Origin: Candidatus Dadabacteria bacterium
GTDB taxonomy: Bacteria; Desulfobacterota_D; UBA1144; Nemesobacterales; CSP1-2
NCBI GenBank assembly: GCA_040289575.1
Contig: PSLL01000003.1
Coordinates: 36,028 to 50,804 of the forward strand
Reading direction: 5' to 3'
DNA: 14,777 nt
Part shown: positions 6,225-14,600 of the stretch, one piece after another
Layout: every line of letters starts with the position of its first letter
How positions within the stretch are numbered: position 1 is the first letter of the stretch
Notes under the pieces: model-generated
Database searches by the model: none
Seen by the model: the letters and a program-made list of their open reading frames with translations, nothing else
What the model was told of the DNA's origin: nothing
Translations under genes and position numbers: made by a program

Positions 6225-8825
6225 ATGACCGAAAATTCAAAGAATCCCATACTTCTACCCTGGGGTGTTGAGCCGCTTCATTATAACCTTGAGATTAAAA
6301 CCGACTTTGAGGATTTTACCTTTTCGGGGAAAGAGGATATAACCATTAACATCAAACAGCCGACTTCCAAAATCACCCTGCATGCCGTTGATTTAACAAT
6401 AAACAAAGCCTATCTAATAATTGGTGATGAGGTGATCAATGCAAGGAGAATCTCATTTAGCAAGAAAAGGGAAACTGTTAGTTTTCATTTTGGCAAGAAA
6501 ACGGAGGGCAGTGCGGTACTAAGGATTGAATACGACGGCGTGCTAAATGACAGGATGCACGGCTTCTATCGCACATCATACAGCATAAACGGGGTCAGGA
6601 AATACGGCGCCGCAACGCAATTTGAGGCGACCGATGCCCGCCGGGCGTTTCCCTGCTGGGACGAGCCGTCATATGAGGCGAAGTTCAGTGTTACCCTGAT
6701 TGTGCCTAGGAATCTTACCGCGCTTTCCAATATGCCTATCGTCAGTGAAGAGCCATACAGAGATTCTGATTTAAAAAGGGTCACATACGATACAACCCCT
6801 ATTATGTCCACATATCTCCTTGCTTTTGTTATAGCCGATCTTGAGTCTATTGAATCCACAGATAGAAACGGTGTTCCGATTAGGGTTTGGACAACCCCCG
6901 GTAAAAAGGAGCAGGCACGATTTGCCCTCGAATGCGCCCTTCATACACTTCCATATTTTTCCGATTGGTTTGATATTCCGTATGCGCTTCCAAAGCTCGA
7001 TATGGTAGCCCTTCCGGATTTTGCTGCTGGGGCTATGGAGAACTGGGGGCTTATAACCTATCGCGAGACCGCGATGCTCGTTGACCCTGAAAATTCTGCC
7101 GTTACTGCGAGACAGCGTGTTGCCGAGGTCGTTGATCACGAGCTGGCGCACCAGTGGTTCGGGAATCTCGTGACGATGGCGTGGTGGGATGATCTCTGGC
7201 TCAATGAAGGATTTGCCTCATATATGGGCCCGAAGGCCGTTGATCATCAGTTTCCGGAATGGGATATATGGACTCAGTATGTCGCGGATGATTTTCTTGT
7301 AGCACTTCATAAGGACAGTTTGAAAAACACCCATCCGGTTGAGGTTCCTGTGAAGAATCCTTATGAAATCGGTGAGCTCTTCGATGCTATTACTTATAGA
7401 AAAGGCTCGGTGGTGAACCGGATGATTGAACACTATCTCGGGGAAGAGGATTTCAAAAAGGGGCTAAATGTTTATCTTAACCGTCATGCCTATGGAAACG
7501 CAAAAACAGAAGACCTCTGGCAGGCACTTGAGGATGTATCGGGAAAGCCCGTAAAAGCCATTATGGCGAGCTACACAAAACAGCCCGGATATCCGGTTAT
7601 TATAGTGCAGAGTGACAGGCGCGGAGAAGAACTCATACTTAGACTTGAACAAAGACGTTTTATGCTCGACAGAAAAAGAGATAAAAAGAACCTATGGAAG
7701 ATACCAGTTGGTATTTTAACCTCAAATACAAGAGACCCGATATTCAAATATATGGAAAGTCAAGAGATGGATTTTCCCCTGAAAGCCGAGATGGGTGAAT
7801 GGATAAAACTCAATCCGTCTCAAAGTGGGTTCTACCGTGTGCTTTATTCCTCCGAACTATTTAACAATTTAATTCGGGCAGTAGAGTCCGGAAGGATTGG
7901 AACAGTTGATAGACTGGGGTTTCTCGATGACGTATTTGCCCTCTCACAGGCGGGTTTTATAAAGACATCCCAGGCGTTGACCGCATTAAACGCATATCGG
8001 TACGAGACCAATTTTAGCGTGTGGATTGCAATCTCTAAGAATCTCGAGTTTCTTCATAATTTGATTGTGGGAGAACGCTGGAATGGGGCATTCAAAGCCT
8101 TTGCGAGGGAATTTTTTCGACCGATTGCGCTTTCAAAGGGATGGGATAAATCAAACGGGGACAGCCATATTGATATAATGCTGAGGTCACTTGCTATAAG
8201 GAATCTCGGTGGTTACGGCGATGCATCAACAATCGAAGAGGCAAAGGAGCGTTTTAGAAATTTTGTCAACGGCGGCAGTCTCGATCCAGACCTAAGGCAT
8301 ACCGTCTATAGGCTTGTTGCAGAGAACGGGGGAGAAGAGGAGTTTGAGAGATTATTGAGGATTTATGACTCAACGGATCTTCATGAAGAAAAAAATAGAG
8401 TACTTTCAGCAATCGGTGGCTTCCATACCGAGGGCATTCTAAGGGCGGTTTTAGAGTTTGCTTTCTCGGAAAAGGTGCGCCCACAGGATTTACCAATCGC
8501 CCTTTCCTCTGTCGGTCAAAATCCATTGGGTAAGGATCTAGCCTGGGAATTCGTAAAGAAAAATTGGCAGACGATTATGGATCGTTACCACGATGGTGGC
8601 CTTTTCCTTATCGGGAGGATTATTGAAGGGACAACAACCGCTTTTACCACTCTTGACAAATTCCAGGATGTAAAGGGATTCTTCAAGACCCATAAGGTTC
8701 CGGGGGCAAAGCGTACTATAAAGCAGTCGCTTGAGATGATTAGGCTGAATATCACAGTCCTTAACCGCGATCGAGAGGATATTAAAGAGTGGCTAGAGGC
8801 ATATAATTATAAAGCCGACGGCTAA
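6225..8825 (+). CDS. pepN: M1-family zinc aminopeptidase (aminopeptidase N / puromycin-sensitive type) with ERAP1-like C-terminal domain
   Basis: [51 protein letters not shown] (HEXXH-18-E) and [15 protein letters not shown] RBS precedes ATG 6225. No signal peptide. Confidence 0.95.
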   Translation: [866 protein letters not shown]

Positions 8826-8848
8826 TTAATTCCTCATTATTTGTGTGT

Positions 8849-9005
8849 TTTGGTGAAGTTGCTGGTCTGCCCCTTGAGTGTGTGCATCTCGGCGATACAC
8901 TTATTGTCTTTCCGCAAGAGATTTGCCCGATTGATGGAACCGTAATTGAAGGGCACGGTGTAATGGATAAATCTTACCTCGTTGAAGACGCCAGGTTCGG
9001 AGGTA
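8849..9005 (+). pseudogene. fragment of a heavy-metal P1B-type ATPase actuator domain
   Basis: LPLECVHLGDTLIVFPQEICPIDGTVIEGHGVMDKSYL, then in another frame KTPGSEV. This matches GD...PGE.iP.DG.V.eG....DES.LTGE....K.pG..V with the TGE segment deleted. Confidence 0.78.
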
Positions 9006-9014
9006 AAGAGTGAT

Positions 9015-9701
9015 TCACTTCGAATAAATAATATCCCTCCTCTTTTCACCACAATTGAGCAACATATCAAGCGTAGACAGGTTATGTATAAACCCTCCCC
9101 ATAACTGAGGATAGACAGGCGGATGAAATCTAGAAAACTCGATTTGAATTCCTGATTGATTCATTAGAACCGTGTCTAGGTGTTTTTCTACAATGGGAAA
9201 AGTCAAGTAGGTATCAGCCTGTAGGTGTTTGCAAATATTGATGATTAACTCAATACCATTTCCAGTGACTCCTAGTTCGGATTGTAGATATAATTTGTTT
9301 TTAAGCACGAGTGCATCCCAAAGGAATTTTATGATATTGAGATTCAGTTCAATTAGCAGACGATTATTTCCTCTATAAATAGACTCCAGGATGGGGAAAT
9401 ATTCCCGCAGATATGGAGCATTGGTATAACTCTGACGAATGCTTTGCAGGTGCTTTCTTTGCCAGTCTGTTTCATTGCATATCTCGACCTTCCGAATTAT
9501 CTGAAGTCCGCGCCCCTTTTTCCAAACAGGCACAGTCAACCACATCTCCCCCTGCTCATTTTTCAGGCGATTTCGATTAACCCAGCCACGACCTTGGGGG
9601 AACTGCACGTCATCAAGTAAAACCATGCAGTCAGCCTTCATAGCCTTAAAGAAGAATCCAGGCCAGGGTAAAAAGATGGGCTGGTGTGTTGCGACTATCA
9701 T
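9015..9701 (-). CDS. WbqC-family protein
   Basis: IVATHQPIFLPWPGFFFK, LDDVQF, WVNRNRLK, WLTVPV, YPQLWGGFIHNLSTLDMLLNCG. Confidence 0.9.
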   Translation of the reverse strand: MIVATHQPIFLPWPGFFFKAMKADCMVLLDDVQFPQGRGWVNRNRLKNEQGEMWLTVPVWKKGRGLQIIRKVEICNETDWQRKHLQSIRQSYTNAPYLREYFPILESIYRGNNRLLIELNLNIIKFLWDALVLKNKLYLQSELGVTGNGIELIINICKHLQADTYLTFPIVEKHLDTVLMNQSGIQIEFSRFHPPVYPQLWGGFIHNLSTLDMLLNCGEKRRDIIYSK

Positions 9702-9874
9702 GGTTTACTCTTAATCTTAATTTGTCGCACAATTATTGATTAGGGAGACACCTTAGATTATACTCCAAAGAGAGAAGACACAAGGATTTCCGTATAACAT
9801 AATATCCGTTTCCATTCTTCGATTTTGCATTTACACTATAGTTAGTATAGCGATTATAAACAAGGAGCTGTCGC

Positions 9875-10499
9875 GTGTCGGTACGGATTGATGTTTGGTC
9901 AGATTTTGTTTGCCCCTTCTGCTTTCTCATTGTCCCTGGCTTGGAGGAACTCCAGGGAAATTATGACATCAGCATTTGCTGGCGTGCATTCCTGCTCCGT
10001 CCGCCAGGCACTCCGCCTATATCTGCCCAGAGGCAGGCCATGATTGAAGCAGAGCGTAAACACGTTAAACACTTAGCACGCACGCGGTATGGCCTTGAAC
10101 TCAATCCCGGTCCTATCGGCATCAATACACTTACCGCTCATATTGCTGTCAAATACGCCGAGGCCCACGCAAAAGGGAATGCCTTTCATTCTGCTGTTAT
10201 GAAAGCCTTCTGGCAGGAAGCGCGCTTGATAGACGATAAGGAAGTACTAAAGGGTATCGCTTCTCAGGTTGACCTAAATGGCGAGGACATTGCAACCGCC
10301 TGGAGGGATTCTACATTTGCCTCCGCTGTTGGTACCGATATAAATCTGGCTTCGACATACGGAATACGCAGCGTCCCTACACTCTTTTTTGATGAGAGGT
10401 ACTTGGTGATCGGTGCCCCAGCCGTATCAAGTGCTTAAGCGGGTCATGGACAAGTTACAAGAAGAAAGTAGCAACCGCATAGAAAATCGGGAGGTATGA
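9875..10499 (+). pseudogene. DsbA/FrnE-family thiol oxidoreductase with a late +1 frameshift
   Basis: IDVWSDFVCPFC, WRAFLLRP and GIRSVPT. An extra C in GGTGCCCCAG (10412-10421) breaks GAQP. As written the ORF stops at 10438. The corrected frame reads GAQPYQVLKRVMDKLQEESSNRIENREV* to 10499. AAGGAG RBS upstream. Confidence 0.75.
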
Positions 10500-10503
10500 G
10501 TAA

Positions 10504-10809
10504 ATGAAGGTAAATACTGAGAGTGTTGTAGTTGAGAATAATGAATCCGCAAAGCGGTTCGAAGCGTGTGTGGATGGGAATATAGCGTTTCTCCAGTACT
10601 ACTATTTCAAAGGTAGCATTGTACTTGCCCATACCGAAGTACCCTCTGTGCTCGAAGGACAGGGGCTTGGGGGTAAGCTGGCTCGCACGGCGCTTGATTA
10701 TGCTCAGGCTCATAAACTCACAGTAATCCCGCTCTGCCCATTTGTGGCAAGCTATATACATAAACACCCTGAGTATCAACCACTTGTTCACCCTGAGCAC
10801 GGCGAGTGA
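10504..10809 (+). CDS. GNAT N-acetyltransferase, YjdJ/Acetyltransf_CG type
   Basis: RFEACVDG, HTEVPSVLEGQGLGGKL and VIPLCPFVASYIHKHPEY. GGAGG RBS at 10490-10494. Confidence 0.9.
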   Translation: MKVNTESVVVENNESAKRFEACVDGNIAFLQYYYFKGSIVLAHTEVPSVLEGQGLGGKLARTALDYAQAHKLTVIPLCPFVASYIHKHPEYQPLVHPEHGE

Positions 10810-10877
10810 GCGTTATCCAGTCTTTAATAACTTTAAACGGCCCCGTGATTTTTATTCAATAAATGCAGAAACTTATC

Positions 10878-10915
10878 TTGTGCTGTAACTGAACATCCCT
10901 ATAATAATAGGGATG
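10878..10915 (+). promoter_or_regulatory. mltA promoter overlapped by a perfect 9-bp inverted repeat
   Basis: TTGTGC (10878-10883), 16-nt spacer, TATAAT (10900-10905). CATCCCTAT-AATA-ATAGGGATG spans 10894-10915. Confidence 0.55.
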
Positions 10916-12190
10916 CGTATTACACCTGCCCGATTTTTCATAAGCTGTCTCATTATTTTGATGGTCTCTTGTGGAAGGACTCCTATTAAGCATGCCCACC
11001 AGGCCATGCGGTTGACCAAACCGCCTGAAACCATTATTGATGATCTTCCGCTAGATCAATTGGCAGGTGGCATGGAAGAGAACATAGAGCAGTTAAATAA
11101 ATTAAATATTCAATCACTGACTTTCGGACCCAGGGTCGTCTTAAAGGATGATTATGTTTTGGCTCTTAACTATCTTGTATATCAGATTAAATCGGGCGTC
11201 TCGAGAGCCCATTTTATCGAAACCGTGGTTAACAACTTTGATTTTTACGAGGTCTACGGAAAGGATAAGTGGGGTGAGGTTTTAATAACCTCCTATTTTC
11301 ATCCGATCATACCGGGGTCAAGAACAAAAACACCCAGGTATTCTCAAGCCCTCTATTCTATTCCGCCCGATTTGGTAAATATACGTCTGGATGAATTTGT
11401 TAAGTCTGTTGAAACACTCTCTCCGATTAAAGATCAAGTGCTTGACCAGACATCCCGAATTGGTGTCTTGCAGGGACGTTTGGTTACATCTGAGTCGGGG
11501 GGTGCGGTAGTATTGCCCTATTACACACGAGAAGAAATTGATAGCCAGCAAGTGTTGAAGGGAAGGAATTTGGAGTTAGCTTGGGTGGACCCAATTGATG
11601 CGTTCTTTCTGCATATTCAGGGATCGGGAACGGTGGTATTCGAGGACGGTAAAGGGATTTCATTAGGATATGCCGCTAAAAATGGGTATCCTTTCGTTCC
11701 AATTGGTAGGTATTTATTGGATGTAATTCCCCGGGGAAGAATGAGCATGCAGGCTATAGAGGGCTATTTGCGCCAATTGCCTGAAGATGAGATGAGAAAG
11801 ATTTTATATAAAAATCCGAGCTATGTTTTCTTTCAGGAATTGAAAGGAAAACCGGTTACCACTCTAGGTACAGAGGTGGTGGATGGGCGGACAATCGCTA
11901 CGGATCAGGGCTTTTTCCCCAAGGGGGCCCTGGCGTACATGGAATTTCCAAAGCCCGTGTTTGCGGATGGAACCTCAATTGAACCTGTGGGATGGAAGAC
12001 GACTTCTCGATTTGTTCTGGATCAGGATACAGGAGGGGCTATACGCGGCCCCTATCGTGTGGATCTCTATTGGGGAAGTGGGAAAGAGGCCGCCAGGTAC
12101 GCGGGGGTTATGAAGGAAAAGGGTCGTTTGTATTATCTGGTTCCTAAGGCTGAGTTTTTGCAAGGGCTTTTAAAAGGTCGGGGTTTATGA
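10913..12190 (+). CDS. mltA: membrane-bound lytic murein transglycosylase A (MltA + 3D domain), lipoprotein
   Basis: Lipobox LMVSC, ITSYFHP, FFLHIQGSG, YAAKNGYPF, NPSYVFF, TIATD and DQDTGGAIRGPYRVDLYWGSG. Confidence 0.93.
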   Translation: MRITPARFFISCLIILMVSCGRTPIKHAHQAMRLTKPPETIIDDLPLDQLAGGMEENIEQLNKLNIQSLTFGPRVVLKDDYVLALNYLVYQIKSGVSRAHFIETVVNNFDFYEVYGKDKWGEVLITSYFHPIIPGSRTKTPRYSQALYSIPPDLVNIRLDEFVKSVETLSPIKDQVLDQTSRIGVLQGRLVTSESGGAVVLPYYTREEIDSQQVLKGRNLELAWVDPIDAFFLHIQGSGTVVFEDGKGISLGYAAKNGYPFVPIGRYLLDVIPRGRMSMQAIEGYLRQLPEDEMRKILYKNPSYVFFQELKGKPVTTLGTEVVDGRTIATDQGFFPKGALAYMEFPKPVFADGTSIEPVGWKTTSRFVLDQDTGGAIRGPYRVDLYWGSGKEAARYAGVMKEKGRLYYLVPKAEFLQGLLKGRGL

Positions 12191-12264
12191 GGCTCTTGGT
12201 AGACAGATAATTTATAACTTCCATCTTTACTTATAATAATTTTTCGACACTAGGAGAGGCATCT

Positions 12265-12545
12265 GTGATAAATTCAGATGTTATAGGGTGGATAGCCTTT
12301 TCTATCATGGTAATCTACACATGCATCGGGCTGCCCATTTAGGTACGCAAGAACTATGTGAAGAAATCCACGGCGGGACTCTCTTTTTTATGATGGTCGT
12401 GTTGTTCTTCACCTTTTCAATCTGGATAACGTATGGGCTAGTAAGGTCTCCGAAAGATTGGTACATTATTGGCTCTAATATCCCAGGCATGGGCTGCATC
12501 TTTATCATTTTATGTTAGTTCTGGATTTACCGTTTTAGTTTTAGA
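12265..12545 (+). pseudogene. SemiSWEET / PQ-loop family small membrane transporter, disrupted
   Basis: AGGAGAGG RBS and GTG 12265. VINSDVIGWIAFSIMVIYTCIGLPI*VRKNYVKKSTAGLS / FMMVVLFFTFSIWITYGLVRSPKDWYIIGSNIPGMGCIFIILC*FWIYR. TAG at 12340 and 12516 (likely ex-CAG) and a frameshift in the T-run at 12384-12389. The 3' end is approximate. Confidence 0.78.
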
Positions 12546-12561
12546 AGGAGAGAAATAACAG

Positions 12562-12927
12562 ATGAAAACACTCGACGACATTCGTCAGGATAAGGCACTG
12601 CAATCCCAAATCTACTGGGACATGAAGCCGCGGGAGAGGATACGGCGAACGGAAACTGAAACCCAGGGAGAGGCGGAACAAATTACAAAACAACTCCAAG
12701 ACAGGGTCGGATACTATTTCTACATAGATGTCCGAAACCTCCAACCCGCTCTTTATCTATACGAAAATTACCCTGATGGCTCTGGCAGATTCGTTGCAGA
12801 AATAACAGAGATTCCCGAACAGATGCTTCGCGAAGCAGTCCGAGAAGCCGGCGGGGGAATAGAGACTGATGGTCGCTATCCTATAGACGACTCGATAAAG
12901 GCATGGCTGAGAAATCAGCTGGCTTAG
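12562..12927 (+). CDS. conserved hypothetical protein, DVU0772-like
   Basis: AAGGAG RBS. Pattern I.WDM.P...YFYIDV....P.LYL...AEI..IPEQML...V...GG....G.YPI...IK.WL resembles DVU0772-family proteins. Confidence 0.7.
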   Translation: MKTLDDIRQDKALQSQIYWDMKPRERIRRTETETQGEAEQITKQLQDRVGYYFYIDVRNLQPALYLYENYPDGSGRFVAEITEIPEQMLREAVREAGGGIETDGRYPIDDSIKAWLRNQLA

Positions 12928-12951
12928 TAATATCTTAAAAAGGAGAACGAG

Positions 12952-13967
12952 ATGTCTAAAGAACTAGATTCTTCACGTATCTTAGATGTAGGATTGGGGT
13001 TCTGGCAATCCAGAACCCTACTTAGTGCAGTAGAATTGGGGGGTACTCTACTCGGAAAGAAATCCATGAGGGGTGAGGATATTGGAAATGAGATCGGACT
13101 AGGTCCAGGGGTATCTGGGACTTTATTGATGGGCTTGTTGCCCTTGGTTTTTTAGAGCGGGAAGGCGTGGCGTCGATGGAAGGTATTCTAATACTGAATT
13201 AACATCGGTTTACCTTGATAAAAACAGTCCAAATTATATCGGCGGCATGCTGGGGATGGCAGGTACTCGCCTATATCGCTACTGGGGCGATCTCACCGAA
13301 GCCCTGAGGACGGGGAAACCGCAGAATGAAAGTAGGCATAACGAAGAACCCATTTTTGATGTTCTGTACAGGGATCCTGTTAAGCTCGAGGGGTTTATGA
13401 GGGCTATGGCGGGACTATCCGCCAGAAACTTTGAATCATTTGTAGAGAGGTTCGATTTCTCAATGTATAAAACCCTCTGTGATATAGGTGAGGCAACGAG
13501 TCAGCTCTCAATACTCGTTGCAAAAGCTAATCCGCATATGCGATGTATCTCATTCGATCTCCCGGTAGCCCATTGCTAAAAGATATATACAGGATTCCGG
13601 TGTTGCCGACTGTGTAAAGACTGCATCTGGAGATTTCTTCCAGGATCCGCTGCCCAATGCCGATATTATAACAATGAGCATGATACTCCATGACTGGAAC
13701 CTGGAGAAGAAGATGCATCTTATAAGGGCGGCGTATGCGGCGTTTCCAGAAGGTGGGGCGTTCGTAGCCATTGAGAATATTATAGATGATGCCAGGCGTA
13801 AAAACGTATTCGGTCTTATGATGTCTCTTAACATGCTGATTGAATTCGGCGATGCATTTGATTTTACAGGTGCGGATTTTTCAAAGTGGTGTAAAGCGGT
13901 GGGGTTTAAGGACACCCAGATTTTACCGCTAGGCGGACCGGCAAGCGCTGCAATTGCTTATAAATAA
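12952..13967 (+). pseudogene. SAM-dependent O-methyltransferase (Methyltransf_2 with dimerisation domain), disrupted
   Basis: GFWQSRTLLSAVELG / IWDFIDGLVALGFLEREG / RYSNT...RLYRYWGDLTEALRTGKPQNE...CDIGEAT...FDLPV / GDFFQDPLPNADIITMSMILHDW...MSLNMLIEFG...AYK*. Three frameshifts near 13108, 13167 and 13568. The SAM motif reads DIGEA instead of DxGGA. Confidence 0.88.
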
Positions 13968-14051
13968 TGGGATGGAATGTAACCTTCATTTTTAACTAGA
14001 CAATTCCCTATAGCAAGCTACAGGGTTAGCTTATTGTAGTAATCTGTATGT

Positions 14052-14516
14052 GTGGGAAAAGAAGCGGATGTAAGGAAAGGGTATCATTGTGCATGGCATA
14101 TACATTATCACATAGTATTTCCAGTGAAATACAGGAAGGCATTGTTAGATAAAGAGGTTGTACAGATAATAAAGGAAACAGCACTTGGGATACAAGAGCG
14201 TTATGCAATAGAGATTGAAGCAATGGGAATGGACAAGGGCAATATTCATATACTTTGTGGAGCACATCCGAAAGTATCAGCCGGACAGATAGTGCAGACA
14301 TTCAAAAGCATAACAGGACAAGAGATATTCAAGCGCAAGCCGGGGCGGTAAAGCGGGAATTATGGGGAGGGGAGTTTTGGACAGATGGGTATTATACAGA
14401 TGGGTATTATTATGTAGCCACGGTTGGGAGAGAGAGCAAACTGGGCAACAGTGGAAAAATACATACAAGAGCAAGGAAAGCCTAAAGAGGAATTGAAACA
14501 GCTAGAGTTGTTTTAG
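14052..14516 (+). pseudogene. tnpA: IS200 Y1 transposase, disrupted
   Basis: WHIHYHIVFPVKYRK, DKGNIHIL (HUH altered to NIH), FKSITG / KRELWGGEFWTDGYY / EKYIQEQG...QLELF*. Frameshifts near 14343 and 14430. Confidence 0.9.
14381..14410 (+). repeat. 15-bp perfect tandem duplication inside tnpA
   Basis: ACAGATGGGTATTAT x2 (14381-14395 and 14396-14410), which duplicates TDGYY. Confidence 0.95.
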
Positions 14517-14600
14517 ATACCTTGCAGCTTGCTGCAGGGAGTTTCATTGCATTTTATTAATAGCAGATTCCATTTTTATTCTATGATCCCCCTAGCTACG

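Larger units (their letters stand above)
13976..14548 (+). mobile_element. IS200-like insertion sequence (IS200/IS605 family, tnpA only), decayed
   Basis: Subterminal hairpins CCCTATAGC-AA-GCTACAGGG (14006-14025) and CCTTGCAGC-TT-GCTGCAGGG (14520-14539) flank a Y1 transposase. Ends are inferred at AATGTAAC...GTTTCATT. Confidence 0.85.

Noticed and set aside
572..8526. Antisense or nested ORFs in the track (e.g. 572-862, 975-1256, 2177-2551, 2764-3291, 5610-5894, 6771-7151, 8266-8526)
   Set aside because: They are shadows of well-supported genes, with no motifs or RBS.
8837..9070. 77-aa minus-strand ORF downstream of wbqC
   Set aside because: It is the antisense shadow of the plus-strand P1B-ATPase fragment.
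9733..9930. 65-aa minus-strand ORF in the wbqC-dsbA intergenic region
   Set aside because: It overlaps the dsbA start and the promoter region and has no recognisable features.
12952..13967. Three separate small methyltransferase genes, or programmed frameshifting
   Set aside because: The pieces are collinear parts of one protein, the shifts lack slippery heptamers, and the SAM-binding motif is mutated.
14381..14410. Direct repeat as a CRISPR or target-site duplication
   Set aside because: It is two adjacent copies with no spacer inside tnpA, i.e. a slippage duplication. I saw no CRISPR array, tRNA or rRNA in the window.
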